In this document: positions 56,209-64,000 of the stretch, in pieces
Numbering within the stretch: the first letter of the stretch is position 1
How the letters are laid out: every line of letters begins with the position of its first letter
NCBI GenBank assembly: GCA_027011225.1
Contig: JALVAK010000008.1
Location: 18,312 to 82,311, forward strand
DNA length: 64,000 nucleotides
From: Nautiliaceae bacterium
GTDB lineage: Bacteria > Campylobacterota > Campylobacteria > Campylobacterales > Nautiliaceae
Direction: 5' to 3'
Notes under the pieces: model-generated
Seen by the model: the letters and a program-made list of their open reading frames with translations, nothing else
Told to the model about the DNA's origin: nothing
Database searches by the model: none
Program-made: the position numbers and the translations under genes

Positions 56209-57539
56209 TGAGCTTTGTAGTATTAATTGCAGCAGGATTAATTGTTCCGATTTTTTATAGAAACAATATTTTTATTGCTAAGATGATTGCTGTTATTGCA
56301 TTTATCTTAGCAGCATATTTTATCTATCAAGGGAATTCTTTAAATGCAATTTTCCCATATTTTGTATTAGATAAAGCGACACAGCTTATGGAGTTTGCAC
56401 TTCTTGCAACTCTTGGTGCGGTATCTTTAGCACTTACAGGATTTGAGAGACCATTAATTGCTCAAATGCTATTTTTAGCAGGTGTATCTTTAGGTTTGCT
56501 TGAGACAAATAACTTTTTTATTTATGTTGTATTATTTGAAGTAATTGCAATAATTTCATATATTTTAGTAGCAAATATAAGGAATTTTAATAATGCAGAA
56601 GGTGCAATAAAAGCATTTATTGCAGGTGCAGTTGCTAGTGGTATTATTTTACTTGGGTTTGCGCTTTTTAGTTTTACAACAGATAGTTTTAATTATGCTC
56701 AAATGAATGTTAGTGGCAAATTTACACTAATTGCAGTAGCTATTATGCTTGCTGGTATTTTTTACAAACTTACAATTGTTCCAATGCATGGATGGGCAGC
56801 TGATGCTTATTCTCAAGTAAATCACGCAGCAGCTGCAATTTTAAGTGGGGTTATTAAAAGTGTTATTTTAGTAGCAACATTTAAAGCATTTTATAAATTT
56901 ATGATAGCTTATCCTCTTGCTACAATTTTGATTTTTAGTTTCTTTGCAGTTATTACAATGACTCTTGCAAACTTTATGGCTCTTTTTCAAAAAAGAGTAT
57001 CAAAAATACTTGCTTATTCATCAATAGCACATAGTGGATATGCGCTAATTCCTTTTGCAGCAGCAGCAAGTATCTATTCTTATGCAGGGGTGCTTTATTA
57101 TGCAATTGCGTATATCTTTATGCAAACAAGTGTATTTTTAATTTTAAATGACCTTAGAAGAGAAGCTGGTATTAAATATTTAAAAGATTTAAAAGGGCTT
57201 GGGAAAAGAGCACCACTTCATTCGTTTTTCTTTACAATTCAAATATTCTCACTTGCTGGAATTCCGCTTCTTGCAGGTTTCTTGGCAAAAGCAGTAGCAT
57301 TTTATGCTGGGGTTGATGCAGGTCTTTGGGTGATAGTGTTGATTGCAGCACTCAATTCTGCATTAGCAGTAGCTTATTATGCGTGGATTATTAAACATAT
57401 CTATTTTGATGAAGCAAAACATAATGCAGTTATTAAAATGTCTCCAGGTAGTTTAATAGGTCAGCTGATTTTACTTGCTGGTACAATTTATTTTGGTATT
57501 GTAGCAGCAGATGTAATAAATGCAACTGTATCTTTTTAA
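56208..57539 (+). CDS. nuoN: Complex I-like subunit N (antiporter-like)
   Basis: FEVIAIISYILV, KLTIVPMHGWAADAY and KILAYSSIAHSGY. Confidence 0.9.
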   Translation: MSFVVLIAAGLIVPIFYRNNIFIAKMIAVIAFILAAYFIYQGNSLNAIFPYFVLDKATQLMEFALLATLGAVSLALTGFERPLIAQMLFLAGVSLGLLETNNFFIYVVLFEVIAIISYILVANIRNFNNAEGAIKAFIAGAVASGIILLGFALFSFTTDSFNYAQMNVSGKFTLIAVAIMLAGIFYKLTIVPMHGWAADAYSQVNHAAAAILSGVIKSVILVATFKAFYKFMIAYPLATILIFSFFAVITMTLANFMALFQKRVSKILAYSSIAHSGYALIPFAAAASIYSYAGVLYYAIAYIFMQTSVFLILNDLRREAGIKYLKDLKGLGKRAPLHSFFFTIQIFSLAGIPLLAGFLAKAVAFYAGVDAGLWVIVLIAALNSALAVAYYAWIIKHIYFDEAKHNAVIKMSPGSLIGQLILLAGTIYFGIVAADVINATVSF

Positions 57540-57549
57540 AGAGGCTTAA

Positions 57550-59799
57550 TTGCTTCTTCTTTTTTTACCTCTTTTATTATTTTCTCTTGAGATTAATGTA
57601 GATTATTATGAAAATAACAATATTAAAAACGAAATTGCAACTTTATATAATGATTTTAATTTTACTTGTAAACAAACAAAAAAAGATTTAGTAACTTGTG
57701 AATTTGACAAACTTCCTTCTACTTATGTGTTTAAAGCTAAGAGTGTGTTTTTTAGATTTAATCCTTATTACAAAAATAATAAATTTTTTTTAGATATTAA
57801 ATGCAAAGATAGATGTGTTGTAATTTCAAGAGAAGATAATTTATATAAAAATCCTCTAATTACATTAAATAATTTAGAAAAATCAAAAAAATGGATAATT
57901 ATTGCTAAACAAGAGCCATTTTTAAGTAAAAATTCTAAAAGAGGTCTTAAATTCTATTTTAAACATCCAGTAGATATTTATATAGGTGCTATTGATGATG
58001 AGGGAAATCCTATTAAGGTTTCTAATGAATCAAGAGATGTTATTAAATATTTTGAAATATTAAAAGCATTTAAAAAAGAAAAAGATGTCAATATAGATGA
58101 TTTTATTAAAAATTATCCTAATTCTGTTTTTATTCCAGATGTATTGTATTTAAAAATGGTATTGCTTGATAGAAAAAAAGATTTTGAAAGCTTAGTAGAG
58201 ATTGGGAAAAAATGGATTAAAAAATATGCATATGATGATAAGTTGCCAAAAGTTTTATTATTAATGGGTAAAGCTTATTTTAAAATGGGCTTTTTAAGTG
58301 ATGCAAGTTATTTTTTTAATAGAGTTATTACTGAATATAAAGGAAGCAATGAAGCTTATTTAGCAAAAATTTATTTAGCAGATTTATTATACTCTACTGG
58401 TGATGTTAAAAAAGCTATGAAACTTTATGAGGATGTGTTATTTTCTACTAATAATATTGATATTGCTTCTTTAGCTGCATCTCGCCTTGCAAAAAAGTAT
58501 ATTGAAAAAGGAGAGTTTAAAAAAGCTTATGAATATTATTTGAAAATATATAAAGCTAATAAAAAATTTTTGCTTAAAAACAAGAAAAAAGCTTATGAGC
58601 TTGCTAAACTTTTAGCATCTCATAAAATGTATTCTCTAGCAATAGATATTGCACAAGAATTATTAAAAAAACTAAAATATACAGATGATTTGTATGAGCC
58701 ACTTTTGTATTATCTTGCACTTTGGAATTATAAAGCTAAAAATTATAAAGCAGCTTTAAAATATATAGATTTTTATCTTAAAAAATTTCCATTTGGAGAT
58801 TATAGCGATAATTTAAAATCTTTAAGAGATAAAGTCTTATTTAATTTACCAAGTAAAGATTTAAAAGAGCAGTTAAGGTATATCGATAAAATTATAAAAG
58901 AGTATAAAGGAAGTGAAATTGCTCTAAAAGCTCTTGTAAAGAAAGCAAAAATTTTAAGAAAATTAAAAAAATATGATGAAATATTAAAAATGGAAAATAA
59001 GTTAAAAAGTTTAAGTGAAAATATTTTCCCAGATAAGAATAAATTTTTACAAGAAGTTAAAAAAGAGTATTTAATTATGCTTTTAGAGAAAAATGAGTGT
59101 TTCAAAGCGGTTAAATTAATAGAAGAATATCATATCTCAATAGATAAAAAATATGATGATAAAATTTATGAATGTGCTATGAGAGCAATGGATTATAAAT
59201 TAGCATCAATTGTATGTAATAAATATTTAACTTCTCCTGATGATAGAGTGTTTATAAAATGGATGAAGCGCAAAATTGAAGCACTTTGGAAAATGGGAGA
59301 TTATAAAAATTTAGTAATTGCTATAGATGATTTATGCAGTGTTTATAAAAATTGCCATAAATACAAATTGTATAAATTTTTTGCATTATGGAATTTAGGA
59401 GAATATAAAAAAGCTTTAGAAGTTGCTAAATCTTTTAAAATTAAAGATATCAAAAATGCAGATGCTTATATTAAGATAGTAAAATGGGCTTTAGGTAATA
59501 AAAATTATCTTTTAGCAGCTACATTTGCTAAAAAAATTATTGATTTGCAAAATGAGTTTAGAGTTTATCCATATTCTCCTTTTGTAGAGTTTATTTATGC
59601 AAAATATTCTAAAAATAAAAAAGAAGCTATAAAAATCTTAAAAGAGCTTTTAAATAGGGTTAGAGGAGAAGATAAAGCAAGAGCTTTATTTATGCTTGCA
59701 AATTTAACACATAATAAAAAATATATTGATGAATGCTTAAAAGTTAAAGATTCTAAACTTTGGAGAGGTTTATGTAAAGATGCTTTAGATTTGTTTTAA
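57550..59799 (+). CDS. Large secreted TPR-repeat protein, function unknown
   Basis: TTG start behind AAAGAGG and a hydrophobic signal-like N-terminus. Numerous TPR-like A/Y/K helices. 10 nt downstream of nuoN on the same strand. Confidence 0.55.
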   Translation: MLLLFLPLLLFSLEINVDYYENNNIKNEIATLYNDFNFTCKQTKKDLVTCEFDKLPSTYVFKAKSVFFRFNPYYKNNKFFLDIKCKDRCVVISREDNLYKNPLITLNNLEKSKKWIIIAKQEPFLSKNSKRGLKFYFKHPVDIYIGAIDDEGNPIKVSNESRDVIKYFEILKAFKKEKDVNIDDFIKNYPNSVFIPDVLYLKMVLLDRKKDFESLVEIGKKWIKKYAYDDKLPKVLLLMGKAYFKMGFLSDASYFFNRVITEYKGSNEAYLAKIYLADLLYSTGDVKKAMKLYEDVLFSTNNIDIASLAASRLAKKYIEKGEFKKAYEYYLKIYKANKKFLLKNKKKAYELAKLLASHKMYSLAIDIAQELLKKLKYTDDLYEPLLYYLALWNYKAKNYKAALKYIDFYLKKFPFGDYSDNLKSLRDKVLFNLPSKDLKEQLRYIDKIIKEYKGSEIALKALVKKAKILRKLKKYDEILKMENKLKSLSENIFPDKNKFLQEVKKEYLIMLLEKNECFKAVKLIEEYHISIDKKYDDKIYECAMRAMDYKLASIVCNKYLTSPDDRVFIKWMKRKIEALWKMGDYKNLVIAIDDLCSVYKNCHKYKLYKFFALWNLGEYKKALEVAKSFKIKDIKNADAYIKIVKWALGNKNYLLAATFAKKIIDLQNEFRVYPYSPFVEFIYAKYSKNKKEAIKILKELLNRVRGEDKARALFMLANLTHNKKYIDECLKVKDSKLWRGLCKDALDLF

Positions 59800-60633
59800 T
59801 ATAATTTCCTCTAATTGTTCAAGAGGTGCTTTTATAGTAGTAAATTGAGTTTTATTAAATGTTTGTTGTCTTTTAGCAAGGCGTGCGGTATTTGTTACTA
59901 TCTTTTCAAATAATTCATTTTTATTGTATTTTCCATCAAAATAATCAAGAACCTCTCTAATTCCTATAGCTTTTAGAGCAGGTAATCTTCTATCTTTATA
60001 TTTTGCTTCAATATATCCTACTTCATCAATTAATCCCATTTCAAACATTTTTTTGGTGCGTTTAATTATTCTTTTTCTTAAAGTGTTTCTATCTACATCA
60101 ATTTCATATATAGGAATTTTGGGCAAAATTGGTTTTGGAGGATTTTTTTTAAAGTATTCAGTTGGAGATAAATTTGTTGCAAGATAAATTTCAGCGCCTT
60201 TAGTTATTCGATAAGTATCATTTGGTGAAATTTTTGATGCAAATAAAGAGTCAATTTTTTGTAGTTGCTCATAATTAAATTTTTTAGCTTCTTTTTTTAT
60301 CTTTTCACAAATTTTTGGCATAGGTGATATTCCATCAATCATAGCTTTTAAATAAAAGCTGGTTCCTCCTACTATAATAATATTTTTATGAGGTATTTTT
60401 TTATAAATTTCAATAAATTTTGTTACATCAAATTTTTCATTTGGATAAATTTCATCTACTCCATAATGTTTTACTTCTTTTAGCTCTTCTTTAGAAGGTT
60501 TTGCTGATGCTATGTCTATTTCTTTATAGATACTTAAACTATCAAGTGAGAGTATTTCATAATTTAATTTTTTAGCTAAATTAATTGCTAAATTGCTTTT
60601 ACCACTAGCAGTTGGACCTATGATGGCAAACAA
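59785..60633 (-). CDS. miaA: tRNA dimethylallyltransferase MiaA
   Basis: IIGPTASGKS P-loop, LDSLSIYKEIDIASAKP and GGTSFYLKA. TTG start behind AAGGA. Confidence 0.9.
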   Translation of the reverse strand: MFAIIGPTASGKSNLAINLAKKLNYEILSLDSLSIYKEIDIASAKPSKEELKEVKHYGVDEIYPNEKFDVTKFIEIYKKIPHKNIIIVGGTSFYLKAMIDGISPMPKICEKIKKEAKKFNYEQLQKIDSLFASKISPNDTYRITKGAEIYLATNLSPTEYFKKNPPKPILPKIPIYEIDVDRNTLRKRIIKRTKKMFEMGLIDEVGYIEAKYKDRRLPALKAIGIREVLDYFDGKYNKNELFEKIVTNTARLAKRQQTFNKTQFTTIKAPLEQLEEIILKQI

Positions 60634-60676
60634 ATTTTTCCTTTTTTGTTACAATTATACTAAAATAGGAGGTTGG

Positions 60677-61516
60677 ATGAAAAAATACTTAGAGCTTGTT
60701 AAATTTTCTCATACAATATTTAGTATACCTTTTATTTTAATAGCTATGATTGTTGCAGCTAATGGCTGGTTTGGATGGAAATTGTTTTTACTTGGCATTT
60801 TAGCAGCTGTTAGTGCAAGAAACTTTGCAATGGCAGTAAATAGACTTGTAGATAAAGATATAGATGCTAAAAATCCAAGAACTCAAGATAGAGTGAGTGT
60901 AACTGGAGAGGTTAGTGAAAATGAGATAAAACTATTTATTTTAGCAAATGCTTTGATTTTTATAGGAAGCTCATATTTAATTAATGATTTAGCATTTAAA
61001 TTGAGTATACCTATTTTGATTATTTTAGCTGCATACTCTTATTTTAAAAGATTTAGTGAATTTGCTCATTTAATATTAGGGTTATCTTTAGGGCTTGCTC
61101 CTATAGCAGGAGCGATTGCTGTTAGCAACTCAATTCCTTGCTGGAGTATTTTTTTAGCATTTGGAGTTATGTTTTGGGTAGCTGGATTTGATATATTGTA
61201 TTCAATTCAAGATATGGAGTTTGATAAAAAAGAAGGTCTTTATTCGATTCCTTCAAGAATTGGAATTGAAGGAGCGCTTTTTATTTCTAAAATGTTTCAT
61301 TTTTTAGCTGTAGTTTTTTGGGCTTTATTTGTAGCTTATGCAAGATTAGGGTTTTTCGCATGGCTTGGGGTAGTTATTGCAGCAGTTATGCTCTATTATG
61401 AGCAAAAATTAGTTAGCAAGGATTTTAGAAACATTCCAAAAGCGTTTTTTGATATAAATGGATATCTTGGAATTATATTTTTGATTTTAATTATTATAGA
61501 TAGGATGATAAAATGA
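60677..61516 (+). CDS. UbiA-family aromatic prenyltransferase (probably menaquinone/futalosine-pathway MqnP-like)
   Basis: Polytopic membrane protein with NRLVDKDIDAKNPRT (NxxxDxxxD) and a second Asp-rich motif, YSIQDMEFD. Start moved to ATG 60677 behind TAGGAGG. Confidence 0.78.
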   Translation: MKKYLELVKFSHTIFSIPFILIAMIVAANGWFGWKLFLLGILAAVSARNFAMAVNRLVDKDIDAKNPRTQDRVSVTGEVSENEIKLFILANALIFIGSSYLINDLAFKLSIPILIILAAYSYFKRFSEFAHLILGLSLGLAPIAGAIAVSNSIPCWSIFLAFGVMFWVAGFDILYSIQDMEFDKKEGLYSIPSRIGIEGALFISKMFHFLAVVFWALFVAYARLGFFAWLGVVIAAVMLYYEQKLVSKDFRNIPKAFFDINGYLGIIFLILIIIDRMIK

Positions 61517-62019
61517 GGTTTGTAAGTGCTTATGTGCCTATTGAATTTGAAGAGTTAAATGAGAGATTAAAAGAAGAGTTTGATAAGCTTGGAAGTGAGA
61601 GTGATGACCCTATTGGGCAGTATATAAAACTTGCAAAAGCAAGAGGAGAGACAAAAGAGACTGACCCGGTATTGTTAGAGTTATTAGTAGCGCTTCATAG
61701 AAAAGTAGATGAATTGAGTGCATATATAAAAAATCAAAAAAAAGAATTTATTCCTCTTAAATATAAAAGCGAGACAGATGGGCTTAACTTTGATTATTTT
61801 AAAATAAAAGATAATTTGTTAAAAAAAGGGGTTAAATATTATGGAAGATTTGATTTGCCAGTATTTCCTGAGAGAAAAGTGCCGGTAATTTTTGAAGGAG
61901 TTAGCGAAAATATTGGTAAAATTATACATATGCATGATAGAGATATTAAAGATTATAATTCATTCATTACAGCAAGAGAGAGAGCAATTATTAGGGAGAT
62001 GAAATCAAAAAATGAGTAG
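61513..62019 (+). CDS. Hypothetical protein
   Basis: 168 aa with a 4-nt overlap on the upstream gene. No recognised motif. Confidence 0.4.
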   Translation: MRFVSAYVPIEFEELNERLKEEFDKLGSESDDPIGQYIKLAKARGETKETDPVLLELLVALHRKVDELSAYIKNQKKEFIPLKYKSETDGLNFDYFKIKDNLLKKGVKYYGRFDLPVFPERKVPVIFEGVSENIGKIIHMHDRDIKDYNSFITARERAIIREMKSKNE

Positions 62020-62470
62020 AGAAATTGTTATTATAATATTTTTAGGGCTTAGCTTTTTTATGTTTTTGCTTTTTTTATATGTTATAAAACGAGATAAAAT
62101 AATTGAAAAAAAATTTAAAGCTTTTGAAATTGCTTTAGAGGATTTATTAAAAGAGATATACGAGTTAAAAAAAGAAAAAGATAAGCTTGATAAAATTGAA
62201 AGAATTATAGAGTCAATTGTAGATGATGTAAGAGCGATTGAGCAAAAAAATCTTAAGATTATTGAAAAGTTAAAAGAAGAAATAGAAGAGATTAAGGTAA
62301 AATCGAAAAAAAATAATTTTCCTCAAATTAATAGCTTAATAAATAAAAATGATGAAGAAAAAATAGTGAGCTTGTATAAAAATGGGTATTCAATTGAGGA
62401 AATTTCAAGAGAGCTTAGAATTCCAGCAGGGGAGATAGAGTTGATTTTGAAATTCTCTTCTTTAGCTTAA
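62012..62470 (+). CDS. Hypothetical membrane-anchored coiled-coil protein with C-terminal HTH-like segment
   Basis: N-terminal TM helix and a K/E coiled coil. C-terminal VSLYKNGYSIEEISRELRIPAGEIELIL resembles a sigma-70 region-4/LuxR-type HTH. Confidence 0.4.
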   Translation: MSREIVIIIFLGLSFFMFLLFLYVIKRDKIIEKKFKAFEIALEDLLKEIYELKKEKDKLDKIERIIESIVDDVRAIEQKNLKIIEKLKEEIEEIKVKSKKNNFPQINSLINKNDEEKIVSLYKNGYSIEEISRELRIPAGEIELILKFSSLA

Positions 62471-62547
62471 AGTTTGCTTAAATTAAGGTTTTTTTAAGGT
62501 TTGTAGACTAAAATTCTACACCTAAAAAATTCACAAAAGGTGTGATA

Positions 62548-62973
62548 ATGAAATTTACTAAATCAATAAAACCTGAAGAGGTTAAAAGAGATTGGATTTT
62601 AATAGATGCAAAAGATAAAACTTTTGGTAGAGTTATTACAGAAATAGCTACTCTTCTTAGAGGAAAACATAAACCATACTATACTCCGCATGTAGATTGT
62701 GGTGATTATGTTGTTGTAATTAATGCTGATAAAGTTAAATTTTCAAAAGCTAGTAAGCTTAATGAAAAATATTATAAACATACAGGATATTTTGGTCATG
62801 TAAAAGAAGAAACTGTTGAAAAACTTTTAAAAACAAATCCTGAGAAACTTTTTAAACTTGCAACAAGAGGAATGCTTCCAAAAACTAAACTTGGAAGAAA
62901 AATGCTTAAAAAATTAAAAGTTTATGCTGGTGAAAATCATCCACACACAGCTCAAATAAAGGGTAATAAATGA
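62548..62973 (+). CDS. rplM: 50S ribosomal protein L13
   Basis: [45 protein letters not shown] is canonical L13. ATG 62548 behind AAAGGTG. Confidence 0.96.
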   Translation: MKFTKSIKPEEVKRDWILIDAKDKTFGRVITEIATLLRGKHKPYYTPHVDCGDYVVVINADKVKFSKASKLNEKYYKHTGYFGHVKEETVEKLLKTNPEKLFKLATRGMLPKTKLGRKMLKKLKVYAGENHPHTAQIKGNK

Positions 62974-63368
62974 AAATGCACGGAAGAATTTATGCAACTG
63001 GTAAAAGAAAAGAGGCTGTAGCTAAAGTTTGGCTAAAAAGTGGTAGTGGTAATATCATAGTTAATGGTAAACCTTTAGAAGAGTTTCTTGGAGGAAGAGA
63101 AGCGCTTAAACTTAGAGTAAAATGGCCTTTAATGCTTACTAAACAAGAAGGTAATTTTGATATTGAAGTAAAAGTGCTTGGCGGTGGTTTTGCAGCTCAA
63201 GCTGATGCTATTAAACATGGTATTTCAAAAGCACTTGTAGAATATGCGCCTGAGTTTAGAAGCATCTTAAAACCAGCTGGACTTCTTACAAGAGACGCAA
63301 GAGAAGTTGAGAGAAAAAAATACGGGAAAAAGAAAGCAAGAAAATCTCCTCAATTTTCAAAAAGATAA
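62970..63368 (+). CDS. rpsI: 30S ribosomal protein S9
   Basis: [15 protein letters not shown]... and C-terminal [27 protein letters not shown] are canonical S9. Confidence 0.96.
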   Translation: MKMHGRIYATGKRKEAVAKVWLKSGSGNIIVNGKPLEEFLGGREALKLRVKWPLMLTKQEGNFDIEVKVLGGGFAAQADAIKHGISKALVEYAPEFRSILKPAGLLTRDAREVERKKYGKKKARKSPQFSKR

Positions 63369-63399
63369 TTTTTTTCTCCTTTTTTTAAAAGGATGTTTT

Positions 63400-63870
63400 A
63401 TGAAAAGAGCTTTATTTTTTATAATTATTGCTTTTTTTGCAGGTTGTAGTGCAGTTGGAGAGAGTGCAAAGAAAGTAAGAGATTTTTCTAAATGCTATAT
63501 TAATAAAATCCCTGCTCCATTTTGGGTATGTTATCAATCAAGTTTTATGAGTGTAGGTAAAGTTTATACAAAAACACCTTCTAGGCTAAAACAAGAAGAG
63601 GCTTATTCAGTTGCTGTAAATGATTTAATACACAAACTTCAAAATAAAACTGCTATGTTACTTCAAAAAGCAAATATTCATGATAAAAAGATTTTAGAGG
63701 ATATTAAAAATTTTGTAATAATTAATGCAATTGAAGGCAATACCTGGTTTGATAAGAAAAATCATATTTTATATGTAGAAGCTAGTATTGATAAGGATGA
63801 ATTTAAAAAATTTTTAAAAGAGAAATTAAACATAAAAGATTTTGAAAAACTCTATAATGAAACCTTTTGA
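63400..63870 (+). CDS. Putative lipoprotein (possibly LPP20-like)
   Basis: ATG 63400 gives MKRALFFIIIAFFAGCS with a lipobox (FAGC). The ORF-track N-terminal extension overlaps rpsI and is rejected. Confidence 0.55.
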   Translation: MKRALFFIIIAFFAGCSAVGESAKKVRDFSKCYINKIPAPFWVCYQSSFMSVGKVYTKTPSRLKQEEAYSVAVNDLIHKLQNKTAMLLQKANIHDKKILEDIKNFVIINAIEGNTWFDKKNHILYVEASIDKDEFKKFLKEKLNIKDFEKLYNETF

Positions 63871-64000
63871 TTTTGTAATAGTTGGTGGTGGAATTGCAGG
63901 AGTTATAACTTCGTATTTTCTACAAGAATATAAAACTTTAGTTATAGATAAAAAAGGGATTTTAGAGGGTGCAAGTAAAGCTGCTGGGGCTTTTTTGTTC
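63857..64000 (+). CDS. FAD-dependent oxidoreductase, 3'-truncated by the window edge
   Basis: MKPFDFVIVGGGIAGVITSYFL is a GxGxxG Rossmann dinucleotide-binding N-terminus. Open to the end of the window. Confidence 0.55.
   Translation, partial: MKPFDFVIVGGGIAGVITSYFLQEYKTLVIDKKGILEGASKAAGAFLF

Noticed and set aside
1-64000. Search for CRISPR arrays, IS elements, integrases, prophage genes, tRNA/rRNA genes and known defence-system genes
   Set aside because: I found no regularly spaced direct repeats and no transposase, integrase, nuclease or reverse-transcriptase-like ORFs. No intergenic region is long enough for an rRNA gene, and no tRNA-like cloverleaf was seen in the short gaps.

Overview
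AT-rich chromosomal window, about 30% GC by eye, not computed. Gene content and order point to a Campylobacterota (epsilonproteobacterial, Campylobacter/Helicobacter/Nautilia-like) genome. It holds about 59 tightly packed CDSs with many 1-35 nt start/stop overlaps. I saw no rRNA, tRNA, CRISPR array, transposase or integrase. Layout: (1) 0.5-4.7 kb, minus strand: flgI-flgJ-flgM-(flgN-like)-flgK behind a sigma54 promoter, with an internal sigma28-type promoter before flgM. (2) 4.7-14.6 kb: housekeeping block of MFS transporter, PHP phosphatase, CheZ-like protein, U32 peptidase, purE, glutaredoxin-like protein, DUF89, glyQ, Nif3, HP0958-like zinc-ribbon protein, waaA and DUF167. From memory this order matches C. 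jejuni Cj0700-Cj0707. (3) 14.6-22.9 kb: fliK-flgD-flgE2-flgE-maf with two more sigma54 promoters. (4) 22.8-35.1 kb: PolX with a degenerate PHP domain, typA, a TolC-MFP-RND efflux operon, a periplasmic heme-c (DUF3365)/degenerate-GGDEF/EAL protein, and rdgB. (5) 35.1-45.5 kb, minus strand: the clear accessory region and the best candidate for an undescribed system. It is a synthase-dependent exopolysaccharide module (TPR + beta-barrel exporter, GT2 synthase, 60-aa membrane peptide, NodB deacetylase). This module is translationally coupled to an OmpR-type response regulator, a histidine kinase with inverted topology (kinase core first, then one TM helix, then FecR-like + TPR domains), and a three-domain protein (P-loop-like / REC-like / degenerate GGDEF that keeps an RxxD motif). 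(6) rsmE and an AAA+ ATPase. (7) 48.1-57.5 kb: a 10-gene nuoA-B-CD-H-I-J-K-L-M-N cluster with no nuoE/F/G; NuoI carries a Lys/Glu/Ala-rich tail. (8) A large TPR protein, miaA, a UbiA-family prenyltransferase, two hypothetical genes, rplM-rpsI, a lipoprotein, and the start of an FAD oxidoreductase. All functional calls rest on motif recognition and remembered synteny. No database search was run.
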